Below, piece after piece: positions 14,001-25,859 of a stretch of DNA of 64,000 nucleotides (positions within the stretch are counted from its first letter, which is position 1; each line of letters opens with the position of its first letter). The notes under the pieces were generated by a model. The model was not told the origin of the DNA and did not search any database. It worked only from the letters and a program-made list of their open reading frames with translations. A program made the position numbers and the translations under genes. The DNA is taken from positions 104,718,001 to 104,782,000 of the forward strand of contig NC_088798.1 of the NCBI RefSeq assembly GCF_011386835.1, in the 5' to 3' direction. Source of the DNA: Chrysemys picta bellii (taxonomy: Eukaryota).

Positions 14001-17000
14001 TGGTCCCAAGACTGATCCCTGAGAACGCCACTAGTAACCTCCCTCCAGCCTGAGAGTTGACCTTTCAGCACGACCCATTGTAGTCTGCTCTTTAACCACT
14101 TCTTTATCCAACTTTCAGTTCTCCTATTAATCCCCGTTTTCTCCAATTTAACTAATAATTTCCTATGTGAAACTGTATCAAATGCCTTCCTAACATCCAC
14201 GCAGATTCGATCTACTGCATTTCCTTTGTCTAAAAATCAGTTCTCTTCTCAAAGAAAGATATTTCGCTTCTCTAACTCCAGCTGCCCAGCACCAATCAGA
14301 AAACTGAGTACAAAGGCAACAGCAACATTTGGGAAGTGCAAGGCCTTCTCCCACCCACGGGCGAGGATGCAGGCAGGTGCCCCCGAGAAGCATGCACAGA
14401 GTCTGGAGTGGAGGAGTCCATCTCAGGAGCAGCGGAGGGGGAAACACAGAGAAAGAGGCTATTGGGGGATATTCTAGTTCTGGTGAACCTGTGCCCCATC
14501 TGACTTAAATCCTCCCCTGCCCACAGGGCAGTGACTGCTGGCCTCCTGGCCCCAGAGAAGCCGGGACGCCCTTGTCCCCCATGCTAACCGTCTCTGTAGG
14601 CTTCCACCAGGTTGTGTATCTGCTGGTTGGTCCGGGATGCCAGGATCTCAATCAGGCATTTCTCGTCGGTGCCAATGCCCTGCAGGCAGGAAACACAACC
14701 ACCGCGTGAGATGTCACGTGCTGACGCCAGGTGGGTATCAGCCGAGAAGGGCAGCCTCTGGGGGACTGCGTCAGGGTGCGGGGTTAAGAACACCCGCCCT
14801 TAGAGGGGGCGGCCAGAGCTAGGCTATAGTACAGGTGACCCCTTTCACACAGCAAGCATCTGAGTGCGACCCCCCTTATCAACTAAAAACACTTTTTTAC
14901 ATATTTAACACTATTATAAATGCTGGAGGCAAAGCGGGGTTTGGGGTGGAAGCTGACAGCTCGTGACCCCTCACGTAATAACCTCGTGACCCTCTAAGGG
15001 TTCCCCACCCCCAGTTTGAGAACCCCTGGTGTAGCACATACTGTATTCTAGGATGGTCAGAGCGTGCCCTTTCCTCCCCCTTACCTGAAGGGCATCTTTA
15101 ATCTCCTTGGCATCAAAGTATGCCAGGGGCCGCATCAGACCCACAATCAGTCTCTCAAATTTCCCCGTCAGCTCCCGCTTCAGGTCTGCGATCAGGTCCT
15201 GGCCACCGGGCACAGAAGGGAGTACGAGGAGAGAGAGAGAGAGAAGGATCCATGAATGGCAGACTCTCTGGGAGAAAGGACTTATTAAGACAGCCTCCTT
15301 AGCTGTTTGGGAGGAGGTCATGACCTTCTCAGCAGGGCTGCTGGCAGAGTCCGGGCTGGCCATGGGTATCGGAAGGATTTTTCCCACCCTGCCATTAGCT
15401 AGTGAATTTTCCCAATGATTTTGCTTTGCTTTGTGGGCCCGTTGCCAGTCAGGCAGGGACAGGGAGAAGCAGGGGGCTGTACACCCTGCATGCTCTGGTT
15501 TGGAGGATGCAGCAAAGTCTCCCTCTCCTGCAGATCACAGAGCAGGATGTGTCACCGTCCGATTCTCTGGGGTTACCTTTCCGTAGAGCGATTTGTAGGC
15601 CTGGCTGATCTCGATTCTCTGCTTGTTGCTCCTGGACGTTATCAGGTCCAGTATGGCCTCCTTGTCACTGCCTGCAGGGAGACACGGTCAGTCACCCTCG
15701 TCCTACTGCCTAGATTTGGGTCTGCTCTAAGATCCAGCTTTGCCTGGACCAGAAGCGGATTCCAGCTCTGTGCTGGAGTTGGTAGGACAGAGAGCTGCGA
15801 CCAGGGCGCACCCATCCAGGGCTGGCCTACCTGGGACCAGGGTAATGGACTGATTGGTCTCAGGGACATCACTGGGGAAGGGGGGGCATAGCACGCTAGC
15901 ACAGGGAATGCCCCAATCACTCGTTCTCCCCGTGGGGATCCTGCACTGGGGCACCAGAGACTGTCCCAGGTCAGATCCGGACTGAAGCGCTGTGCCTTCT
16001 GCCTGCTTCTTCCCCCCACCAAGATAAGCCATGGGACATTTCCCATAGGAAGGCTGTTTGTGCATCATGAAGCCACTCCAGCACCCTACAAAAACAGACA
16101 GCAGTGCCCTGAAAACACATGCACTATGCGTCCTCGTTTACCAATTACATGGAGGCACAGGGAGGTGATGAAGCACCGGAGGGGGCAATACTGAAGGGCT
16201 AGGAGATGCTTTCATGGCCTTCTCCCCCTAATGCTCTCCCTTGCCATCAGAAAAGGGACAATCAGGGCATCCAGTGTCACCCCTCCATTCCGCTCCCACC
16301 CGGCCATGCCGCCCCAGAATGCCAGCACAAGGCCTGCTCCAAAGCCACTAACAACGGACACTGGACTGGGCCCATAGCGCGGCGGCAGTGGAAAGTACGC
16401 ACCGAACCCCTTCATAGCGTTGTACAGCGCCTCTGCATCCTGGCTCGCGTTGAAGTTCGGGAACTCCTTCACGGAGCCCCTGTACCTGCCAGCCTAGAGA
16501 GAGGAAACAAGAAAACAAATTGGGAAGCGCCAGCTGGAGGCTCCTCTCCACCGCCTGGCCAGAGCTGGCATGAGGTCATGCCTAGGGAGGTTTAGGTTGG
16601 ACATTAGGAAAAAGTTCCTAACTGTCAGGGTGGTTAAACACTGGAATAAATTGCCTAGGGAGGTTGTGGAATCTCCATCTCTGGAGATATTTAAGACTAG
16701 GTTAGATAAATGTCTATCAGGGATGGTCTAGACAGTATTTGGTCCTGCCATGAGGGCAGGGGACTGGACTCGATGACCTCTCGAGGTCCATTCCAGTCCT
16801 AGAATCTATGAATCTATGAGGGTGGCAATGTGAATGCGTGGGGCAAACCCAACATCTGATCCACCCAGCCACCGCTGAATTCCACCACTGGGCTTCTCAC
16901 CCAGCCTCCACAGGGGGCCCAGATCCACCAACAGCTGGGGGCATCCCAGACGAGTTACCTCCTTGTGCCCTGATGGAGCCTGGCCTTTGTTTCTGCTCCA

Positions 17001-20000
17001 GCCTGGCCCTTCTCCGGAGCGAAACAGCTCAGCCCGGCCAGCAGCCAACGGTGCGGCAATCATCTGTGCGCCGGGCCCCTGAGGCAGCTGGACCTGCTCT
17101 AACCACAGGGATCAGACCCCAGGATCCTCCCTTCACCCTTAGTCTCTGCAGTCCTAGCTGCTCCAGTGTGCGCGGCTGCTCTGCAGTTCTAGCACAACTA
17201 ACCAGGCGGGCTTGGCCATCGATTTGGATGGCAGGCCCAGCCAGAGTTGTTCTAGTGAACCCTCAAAAACAAAATGCTTTGGAGAGATGCCAGCCTCCAT
17301 CCACGGGGGGTTGAGAGGAGGCTCCCTGAGGGGCAGATTGTCCCATCACTCCTATGAGGTTTCACGCACCTTCCTCTGAAGCATCTATTACTGGCTGAGG
17401 TCAGCGATGGGATCCTAGACTAGGTGCAGGGCCGGCTCCAGGCACCAGCCCACCAAGCTTGTGCTTGGGGCGGCACCTGGAGGGGGGCGGCGTGGTGCTC
17501 CAGCTCCGGCCGCCGGGGAGAGCGGGGCCACGGCCGGGGCTCGCCGCCCTCCCCCCGGCGGCCAGAGTGCCGGGGAGAGCGGAGCCCCGGGCGGGCTCGC
17601 CACCCTCCCCCCGGCGCTCTGGCCGCCGGGGACAGCGGAGCCGCGGCGGGCTCGCCGCCTTCCCCCCGGCGCTCTGGCCGCCGGGGACAGTGGAGCCCCG
17701 GCTGGGGAGAGCGGAGCCCCGACCGGGACTCGCCGCCCTCCCCCCGGCTCTCTGGCCGCTGGGGACAGCGGAGCCCCGACCGGGACTCGCCGCCCTCCCC
17801 CCGGGGCTCCGGCCGCCCTCCCCTGCCGCGCTGGGGGGTGGGGGTGGCAGGAGGCTTTTTTGCCTGGGGTGGCAAAAAAGCCAGAGCCGGCCCTGACTAG
17901 GTGGAGCCCATGGTCCAACCCACCGTGGCAATTCCTATGCACCATGTTGCTATCAAGTCACCATGCACAGTTATAGCCCAGGAATAGAGTCTAAGAATGA
18001 AGAAGTCAAGTCAAACTGGGCAGAAACTCGGATTTCCCTCCCGGTGCCTGGCTAATTTTTAGCCACCAACGCCTTCCTCTCAGCCCAGTGCTGAATCAGC
18101 CATCACAGAGGCAGAATCATCTACAAAAGAGCTTGTGCAGGAACACGGAAGCAGGACAACCGTAAACAGCTGAGGCCCTGCTGGACAGCAGATATGACAC
18201 CCGATTAGCAGCACTCACTCAACCACCACAATGGTTCAGTTCAAGGAACTGAAGAGAGACCACAGCAGGGAGAAGCAGCTCTTCAAAAAGCAAGCAGTAG
18301 CATCGCTTTAGCTAGAGTGTGGGGAGGCAGTAGGGGCTGGTGACTCAAGCAGGAGACCGTGAGCCTGTTCTTAGAGCACCTCTGCTCTGGCCGTGTGCAC
18401 AGTCTCTGGCACGGCTAATAAGAGAAGCCGATCACTCTCCCTGCTGCTAGGGCAGGATCATGTTGCGGGTGATTCATCGGCAGGGCACGGCTTTATCCCT
18501 GCTTTCCCGTAACAAAGATCCTGAGGTCCCTTATTCCCTGTGTGAGCCGCTTACCGCACAAATGCCTTGGAGAGACGTGAATAAACGTTACAAGGCCAAG
18601 CCACCGGCAAAGGAGTCACTTGTCACCGGCTCCCGCAGAATGTGTGTGGGTGGGGCGTGTTCTCTGTGGAGACTTATCTCAGGGGAGAGCTCAGAGCAGG
18701 GGCCCATCGGGTGGCTAATCAGGTACCAGCAGAAGTTTTTTCTGCCTGGGGTGGCATAGATCACCCTGGCAGGGGCACACTCAGCACCCACCACTCGGGC
18801 AGAGGTTTAATCGTACCCAGCACTGGCAGGGCACTTCATAGTCCCAATGTGCTTTACAAATATTAACCTGTTCACCCTCACAGCCACACCACTCTGAGCC
18901 CGGTGGAGAAACAGAGCCACAGAGAGGCAAAGTGCCATGGGCAAGGCTGCACAGCGCGTCAGTAGCGGAGCAGGGAACAAAATGCAGGAGCCCGAAACTG
19001 TGCTGTATATATACGCACTTAGTAGGAATGGAGGGCCCCTTTGGCACTGAATGGGGGGAGGGGAAGCAGAGGCTGCTCCATGCTAGTAGTGAGCTTTCTG
19101 GGGCAATAACATCCCCCACTCCCATTCCTGCCTGGCTGGGAATGAGCCTGGGGGACTGCCTTCCTTCTTCCCCCCCAATTCCTCAGCTGTTTTATTTAGT
19201 GCATAGGCTATAAGACTCCCTCCTGCTCCCATCCCCCACTTCTGAGTCACACCGGCCTCTAGACAGCTGGAGCTCTTGACGCTATAAATAGGCAGGCAGC
19301 TCCGTGGAAGTCGAATTCCCTACACAGCTTCACTCCTCCTCACACAGCCTCAGCATCCACCCTGGGCCCAGTGATCCCTGGGTGCACATAGGGTGCACCC
19401 TATGCTCTTGCCACCTCTCTCTCGGGGGGGGGGGGTCACTTTCTTTACAGCGTGAATATTTGTCTGTCGCTTTAAGGGACTTCCCCTGTTTTGGGGACAA
19501 GACTTCCCCAGCGGATGAGATGAGAGAACGCCAGCTTCCCAACCACATGTCCTGCAGGGACACCTGGACACCCCCAGGGAGGGGAGCGGTGCTGACCCTT
19601 TGCCAGTGTGACAGCCACCATCTTGGCCAGCACCGGGATTGAACCTCTCGATCCAGGAGCACAAGGCCCTGCAGCCTGACCTCAGGAGCCAGGCTGTCCA
19701 GCGAGAGGCTCTAACAGACTCACACCCTTTGTGGAGCGGGCACCAAGAGGGAGACTTAACACACGCTGACCAGTGGCTCCTGGGTGCGTTGCAGCGGGAA
19801 GAAGCACCAGCCCCAGATGCACATGGGGGCTGCGAGGGATCAGGTGGCAGGCGCCCTCCAGTAGTGACAGGCGAGGGTGCGTGCAGACCTCACTGACACC
19901 AGAGATGGGATTTTCCACCCCTCCGCCCCCCTGGAGCTCGGCAGCGCGTGGGTGTTTGCTAATGGAGCTGCCAGATGGCAGAGGGCGAAGGGACTTGCTC

Positions 20001-21305
20001 TCTTAGCAGAACGGAGTTGTTCTCCTTCAGGGGAGTTGCCAGATCGGTTTCCTCTAGGCATGATGAGAGGCCAGGCTGGGACGTAGTGGGATCGCTGAAG
20101 TGCCCACTAAGGACGGGGCCGAGCAGGCAGAAGGACCCTTCCCCCAATCCGATATAAGTGCAGGGTTTGTAGCAAACAGCCCCCACCTGTGGCTGTTAAA
20201 GGTCACCCCCAGATGGCTGTCCCTGCTCCAGGCTAGAGGAGTGGTGGTGACCCTTCCCTTCGCTCACACTCGCCTCCCTCCTCCCCCTGTCTACACTACA
20301 ACAAAAGGTTTGGCAACAAGCTCTGGATTAGAACTTCTCGAGCTTCCAGCGCCCGCCTGGCATCCAGCCACAAGCGTCACCCCCGGCATTTTAAAAACAG
20401 GGGTTGCACCACTTGCTTGGAAAACCAGGGAAGTGGGGCCAGGCTGTGATCCCCATTAGACCAGTGTGAATCAGGAGTCAGTCCTTCGGTTTCTGGGAAG
20501 TTGCTCCAGATTTACACTGCGGTGGCTGAGACCAGAATCTGGGCTGAAGGCCATGAACTGGTCTGATCTATAACCTCCCCGGGGTGAATGAGAAGTTTGT
20601 GCTACACGCCACTTCTTTTGTCCCCACAGAGGCTCCTGACTCCCTCACCCCCCCTTTTTTCTTCTATTTTTCCTTTCCTTTCGTTCTTTCTCTCTTTCTC
20701 TCTTTCTTTCTTTTCCTACTAGTTCTTTTTTTCCATCTGTGTTCCCCTCTGTCTTTCTTCCCAGCCCCACTCAGATCACAACCATTTGGATCGTCCGGTG
20801 CCTCTGCTTTGTGTTTACACAGAGTGCTAGCCGAAGGATGAAACACCATAAACAGTGTCTGTCAGCAAGATCTCAAACCTCATGACTCGTGGATGAAAAG
20901 CAACGCCAGCTGCCAAACTTGTGGTTGCTTTCCTGCTTCTCAGCCTTACAAAGAAACTGCTCCCACCCTGAGCAGAAGTACTGAGTTACCCAGGACCACT
21001 ATGGCAAGAATTATGAACTGGGTCGGTGGATTGTACCAACCTGTTAGCTTCACTAACATGGCCCCCTGGCAAAATATGGGATGGACTCTTGGTAGCCAAT
21101 CCTTTAAGCCAGGACTGGCTGCTTTACATTGCCAGAGAGGCACAAAACCCCTGGAGTGAACCAGTGAATCTGTCCCAAGGACAAAATGGTGCACGGGGGA
21201 TCCCTGAGCCTCTCCATTTCTGCAGAGGAGTCGGCAGGAGGTAACCAGTGCTACAACATGTCCCGTGGGCTAGAGCTAGTACCGTACCTTGCCTGTGGGC
21301 GCCAT
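183..21305 (-). CDS. ANXA6: Annexin A6, 5'-portion (coding exons 2-17; gene continues off the left edge)
   Basis: Join (minus): 21288-21305, 16403-16493, 15577-15671, 15085-15198, 14589-14679, 11678-11757, 11525-11581, 10586-10679, 9383-9478, 7947-8005, 7255-7377, 6488-6546, 4149-4227, 2963-3044, 1076-1170, 183-296. This is 1347 nt (449 codons), open, all introns GT-AG. It reads [55 protein letters not shown]..., with the annexin repeats and the [16 protein letters not shown] linker specific to the 8-repeat ANXA6. Confidence 0.98.
1076..1170 (-). CDS. ANXA6: ANXA6 exon 16
   Basis: 95 nt, [32 protein letters not shown]. Confidence 0.96.
2963..3044 (-). CDS. ANXA6: ANXA6 exon 15
   Basis: 82 nt, [27 protein letters not shown]. 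Confidence 0.96.
4149..4227 (-). CDS. ANXA6: ANXA6 exon 14 (linker)
   Basis: 79 nt, [27 protein letters not shown]. Confidence 0.96.
4334..5290. repeat. 43-bp minisatellite, about 22 copies, in ANXA6 intron 13
   Basis: Unit CCAAACCAGCCCACACCATCACCCGATCTCTAATGCCCCCAAG; degenerate copies continue to about 5400. Confidence 0.95.
6488..6546 (-). CDS. ANXA6: ANXA6 exon 13
   Basis: 59 nt, [19 protein letters not shown]. Confidence 0.96.
7255..7377 (-). CDS. ANXA6: ANXA6 exon 12
   Basis: 123 nt, [41 protein letters not shown]. Confidence 0.96.
7947..8005 (-). CDS. ANXA6: ANXA6 exon 11
   Basis: 59 nt, [20 protein letters not shown]. Confidence 0.96.
8287..8495. repeat. 41-42-bp minisatellite, about 5 copies
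   Basis: Unit CCCTCTAAGGTGTATTGTAACCCCCCGCAGGACAGTGGTCT. Confidence 0.9.
9383..9478 (-). CDS. ANXA6: ANXA6 exon 10
   Basis: 96 nt, [32 protein letters not shown]. Confidence 0.96.
9822..9950 (-). mobile_element. tRNA-derived SINE fragment
   Basis: Minus strand TAGCTCAAGCTGTAGG...GGTCCCCGGTTCAATCCCC (A/B-box-like); no complete cloverleaf. Confidence 0.5.
10586..10679 (-). CDS. ANXA6: ANXA6 exon 9
   Basis: 94 nt, [31 protein letters not shown]; AAG acceptor. Confidence 0.95.
11001..11078. repeat. (TG)39 microsatellite
   Basis: Pure TG run. Confidence 0.98.
11525..11581 (-). CDS. ANXA6: ANXA6 exon 8
   Basis: 57 nt, [19 protein letters not shown]. Confidence 0.96.
11678..11757 (-). CDS. ANXA6: ANXA6 exon 7
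   Basis: 80 nt, [27 protein letters not shown]. Confidence 0.96.
12376..14258 (-). mobile_element. 5'-truncated CR1 LINE (RT C-terminus + 3' UTR), interrupted by a MITE
   Basis: Minus-strand peptides [29 protein letters not shown] (FADDTKL RT motif), [38 protein letters not shown]; frameshifted. Confidence 0.93.
13106..13432. mobile_element. hAT/Charlie-type MITE nested in CR1
   Basis: Termini GGTTCTCAAAC...GTTTGAGAACCAC; the CR1 sequence resumes on both sides. Confidence 0.8.
14589..14679 (-). CDS. ANXA6: ANXA6 exon 6
   Basis: 91 nt, [30 protein letters not shown]. Confidence 0.96.
14825..15028 (-). mobile_element. hAT MITE, partial; reverse-complement relative of 32762-32979
   Basis: Ends CAGTTTGAGAACCCCTG; internal sequence matches the 32.8-kb copy in reverse. 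Confidence 0.75.
15085..15198 (-). CDS. ANXA6: ANXA6 exon 5
   Basis: 114 nt, [38 protein letters not shown]. Confidence 0.96.
15577..15671 (-). CDS. ANXA6: ANXA6 exon 4
   Basis: 95 nt, [32 protein letters not shown]. Confidence 0.96.
16403..16493 (-). CDS. ANXA6: ANXA6 exon 3
   Basis: 91 nt, [34 protein letters not shown] flanks. Confidence 0.96.
16584..16819 (+). mobile_element. CR1 3' end (young subfamily)
   Basis: AGGTTTAGGTTGGACATTAGGAAAAAG...GACCTCTCGAGGTCC...(AATCTATG)2 tail. Confidence 0.9.
17427..17895. mobile_element. hAT MITE with perfect 8-bp TSD and internal ~55-bp GC minisatellite
   Basis: TIR CAGGGCCGGCT...AGCCGGCCCTG; TSD ACTAGGTG on both sides. Confidence 0.92.
19184..19291. 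promoter_or_regulatory. Candidate muscle-type enhancer in ANXA6 intron 2
   Basis: CAGCTG at 19184, TGAGTCA at 19243, CAGCTG at 19264, CTATAAATAG (MEF2 consensus) at 19282. Confidence 0.35.
21288..21305 (-). CDS. ANXA6: ANXA6 exon 2 coding part (MAPTGK); whole exon 21288-21346
   Basis: Long pyrimidine tract + CAG acceptor at 21347-21348, GCCATGG Kozak, 18 coding nt, donor GTACGG. Confidence 0.88.
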
Positions 21306-24300
21306 GGCTTCTGGGTCAGAATCAACGAGGGAGGAGGAAGAGGATGCTGCAGAAGAAAAGAAAAGAAAAACGTCAGGCAAAATGTCCTTTATGACTTTGG
21401 TGGGGGTTGTGCTCTCAGTCACAGCAATGTAAATTCGGAGTCAGGGGATCCACTCCAGATTTACACCGGCGTAACCGAGGCCAGACGTTTGGTCCATTAT
21501 GTCCTTTATTGGCCCCTATCCGAGGCTTGGCCAAACTCACACACACAATACAGTTGCTACAGGGCACGGATGCCTCTGTCGGGCAGAGATGCTGCGCAGA
21601 TTTGCTCTGCCCTTTATCCCCTCTCTTCCCCAGAGCCATTCTGCATGTATTGATAGACCTGGCGGGCAGAAATCCTGCTGCCATGCGCTGGCACATGGAG
21701 CATCGTTCCAAGAAATCCGCATTCACCAGTGAGAGCAGCAGTTTTGCTTCGCTCTCGGTCCCTGGCGTTCTGCTCTGCGCCAGGCAGCCTGGCACAGACA
21801 GACACAGGAAGGGGACAGGAGGGAAGGAAGAAACACAAAGTAAGTTGCACTTGAGTCAGCAAGGAGCAGAGCGTGGTCCCTGGGGAACGTTGCCATTGAC
21901 AGCCCGCTCCCCAATGGAAAGCCTGCTAGAGCAACTGGCTTTTCAGCACAGAGCACTGAAGTCTTGCGCCGAATGGCCGGAGACCTGGTTACCTAGGAGA
22001 CCTCCTCTCCCTCTCTGCATCCTGAGTGGTTGAGATTCTCTTGCTGTTGCTTCCTAGGGTTGAGCTCTCCATGGCTGGCGGGAGATGATCCCTCCCCAGA
22101 GCCCATGTTTGGGCAGCATCACACAACGGCCCATGGCTGCTTTGTCCCTGGCTGATCGCTGCGGGGTGTTCTGTCTCTTGTCGGACGCTCAGTCTCCATC
22201 GCTTTGCTGGCGACAAGTTATTGTCATGGCCCAGTTCAATTTTTAAGACCTCCTTCTGCTGGCACTAATTTACATAGGTGATGGGCCCAACCCAAAGCCC
22301 ATTGAAGTCAATGGAAAGTCTCCCACTGAATTCAATGGACTCTGGATCAGGCCCTGTGTGTTTTCCTCTTGCTGTCATTAAACCTCGGCACTGCTATGGC
22401 AACAGGTGTTACAATAAAACAATCGGACCCCACAGGAGCATGTCAGGAAGATTCAGCTTTTGCCACGAATACAAAAGCTCCCCTATTCCTGCTCCAGTCA
22501 CCTTGTATTCTCCTCTCCCTCTGCTTTCCCAGCTGTTCTCTCATTTACTGGAGAACGCCTCTAGGGGAGGAACGAATTGCTCTGGACAGGTACAGAGCAG
22601 GCAGCGCTGAACAAACTTCCCCTCCAGGATTCTGCCAACGCATCTCAGGCCTGGCCTGCGCCACCCCCTGCTATTCCAGTGCTTGGCTTCTCCCAAGAAA
22701 GCCACCCACCATCCCAGCAGACAGGTTTCATGTGGGATCTAAGCCCCGTTCAAGCCCAGGATCATCAGGAGTGGAAACCGAAGGCCGGATCCTGGCCTGC
22801 TCAGTCGTTTTTCCAAAGTCCTTGAAGTCAACCGGAGTTTGCCTGAGCGTGGACCTCAGAATCGGGCTCGATATGGACAGCACTTGATATTAGGAGCCAG
22901 CGGAACGCCAACCGTCTCAGAGACATTTTCCTCTGGAACAACATCATGCCATCTTGGCTTGGCATCGCCCTGTGGTGAGCTCAGCTCGCGTATCATCCTC
23001 CTTTGCACTGCGATAGCGTCCAGACAGCCCAGTCAGGGCTCGGGATCCTATTTTGCAAGGGGCTGCATCCCCACGAGGAGAGGATGCTGCGCTGGCCCCA
23101 GAGATATTGCAAGACACTCAGACACATCTTACAAAATCTTGGGGCAACCCTGCCAGCCAGGAGAGCCATCCAGGGAGACAGGGTTGGCTGGGGGAGCAGG
23201 GCAGTGGCCCCCGGGTACATACATGTCCCAGAGCACCAGTTCCAATGCTGGCCCTTTCAGAACACAAGAGAGTTGGGCTCAGTCTCGCCTGGTTTGGCAC
23301 AAATGGGGCAAGTGAGTCCCAGGCTACAGCGTATGGGGGCCCGTGTGAGAGAGAGAGCAGGCTGGAGAGGGCTCTCCAGAGCTCCCAGGCAGAAGTCCCG
23401 GCAAGCACAAGCCTGCAGGGGGCAGGAGCTGGAGAGGAGAGGTTAGGGGAGAGCAGGCCCATGGGGGGAAAGCCTCATCAGGGACAGAGCGAAGAGCCCT
23501 ACACCAAAGGTTGTGACGCACAGGAGGCTGGGTGGATGGCTTGTGTGTTGAACGCTGTTAAGAAGCCAAACTCCCAGCAGGGGAGGGTTATTGTGACTAC
23601 GCCTGCAGTGGGATGCTTACCAGGGGGAGAAGGGAAACTGAGGCAGCAGCAGAGGTCAATGCCTGACGGAGGAAGCCCCTGCTACAAGTGACGACCTCAC
23701 AATCCAGACCCCCTGCAGTGGGGTGTTGTGTTCAGAGACCTGACAGGGCGGGATGGGGCTGTGCTGCGTTCTAGAGAGCAGCTGGTTCGCTCCCTGTTCA
23801 CCATTTCATCCCGCAGGCCCTGGAGAGACAGAATCCCACCTCAGCTTCAATCAGTCCCTTATTTCTCCAGGGAGCCTGGGGCTAGAACCAAGTGCCACAT
23901 TTCAAGGTCTGCAGCGCGCTGTGCAGCTCCCTCTCACGGGCCCCTCACTCCATCTAGACTAGAAATCAAGCCGGATGCCAGAGACATACAGAGACCCGAA
24001 CCTAGGAAATACACCTCGGTTTCCATGGCAGCGCATCCTACTCCTACTTTAAGATAGATTTTACACCAACGGAAACAAGCCCTCACCGCTAAAGTCACTG
24101 CCGGTCACCAGGCAACGGACACCCCGTCCCCACAAGGGGGAGATTCACCAAAGAGGGGGAGCCATTTTCATTTTCCTCGGGACTAGAGAGAAGCAGAGGA
24201 TGATGGAGGGAGAGAAGCAGCTGGATAACGGAGCCTGGAAATGAATGAGTCTATTGAGTGTTATCTGACACCCATCGGGTCTCGGGACAACTCGTATCCA

Positions 24301-24604
24301 CCCGCAACTTCCTGGAGCCAATGCGCCATGTTGCAGGAAAATTCAATCCTGGCAAAGCCCCAGAGCAGCAATTCGGGCTGGGAGCACTTTTCAAAAACAT
24401 ACGTTGAATACATTTCACTTTCCATCCTGTTCACTTCCACAAAGCCTGTGTGCGCACGGCCAAAGCGAACCGCATTCAAACAGGAGGCTCTTCTCCCACA
24501 CAGCCCCAGAAGAGCCTGTGGAGAGGTCGTCCGGCTGGATTTCGGACACCACAATCATCTCCAGGGGCAGCAGGAAGGGTGGGCTTGCCTCATTGTTCCT
24601 CATG

Positions 24605-24795
24605 AGGTGAGGAGTCAGAAGTCCTGGGTTCTCTTCTTGACTGACTGCCACCGACTTCCTGGGTGACCCCAGGCAAGTCACTTAACCTCCTCCGTGCCTC
24701 AGTTTCCCCCCTGCTAAAATGGTGATAACAGTATGGTCTCCGGAGAGCGTTGCGGTGCTCTCCAAACATGAATGAAGTGCTTTGAGATGCTACAG
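24605..24795 (+). mobile_element. MIR/CORE-SINE-like fragment
   Basis: GTGACCCCAGGCAAGTCACTTAACCTCCTCCGTGCCTCAGTTTCCCC core. Confidence 0.75.
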
Positions 24796-25859
24796 AAGCA
24801 TCCGGCATCGTCACAGTTTCACTTGTGATTCTGAGAATTCCTTATGATTCTTATGCTCTGCTGAGAAACTCGGCGGCCTCTTCAGCCCCCTTTTATTTCC
24901 TATCCTCTTTCTGAAGGCACCCTCTTGGTTGCAGCTCTGCCCAGAGAGAGTGGGAGAGAAATGTCTGGCGGGGGTGGAGAGCGCACAGCTCAGATCTCCA
25001 ATGAGAGAGCCCGGCTCGCAGGAAGAGGCCTGGCTGGCTCCTGGCTGACAGCCTGGCCCTGCATTGCAGTCTGGCTGCAGGGCAGGGATCCAAAAACCAG
25101 CCGGAGTCACCCCTCAGCCTCCAGCAGCACGCGCTGCGCTGTCTGACCACGAACTGGCCAAGAGGCACAGAACTCTGCCGTTTTGCTGGTCTGCACTGGC
25201 CAGGCCCAGGGGGGTGCTGACGTGGGCTTTCACTGAGACTCATCGCCTGCCATATTTTCTCGGGGCCAGCTCCAAAACCCGGGCTTTTATCCACAAATGC
25301 TGAAGCCAGCAAGCCCAGAGAGTGAAATACCAGGAAGGTGCAGGGCTCAGGGCCCAGAGCAGCTGAACTGACAGGCTTTGCAAAGGGTGGCCAGCACCTG
25401 CCACAGCTCCAGGAGGGGTAGAGCTATGTGGGGGTGGCGTTGTGCGAGGGTACTTGCATAGATGGGGCCCCTCCCCGGGGCCCTGGGTGGGGGAGGGGCT
25501 TCTTGTGAATACTGCAGCGAGGAAATGAAGAGACCTGTACCCTATGAAAGCTTCCTGCCTGACTTCCTCTGATACAGATCACCTATCCGGGTCTGGCTCC
25601 CAGCTTTGCATGCAGCCCCAGAGAAATGTGCACCAGACACAGCCAAATTCATCTCACTGGGGTCTGATAACTCCCGACAGCACCTGGATCCCCTCTGGGG
25701 CAACACCACCTCACTGGAAGGAGCAGCTGCTCAGGGTTGCAGCTGGCCTTCGCATTATCCCCGTTCTTGGATGGGAGCAGGCCCATGCCGGAGTCACCAC
25801 AGCTCCATCCAGCACTGCTTTTTAACATGCTCCTGGTCCTCCTGGCCCTAGGAGAGGCG

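Noticed and set aside
17401-17976. Overlapping 145-176 aa ORFs in all six frames
   Set aside because: Internal minisatellite of a hAT MITE.
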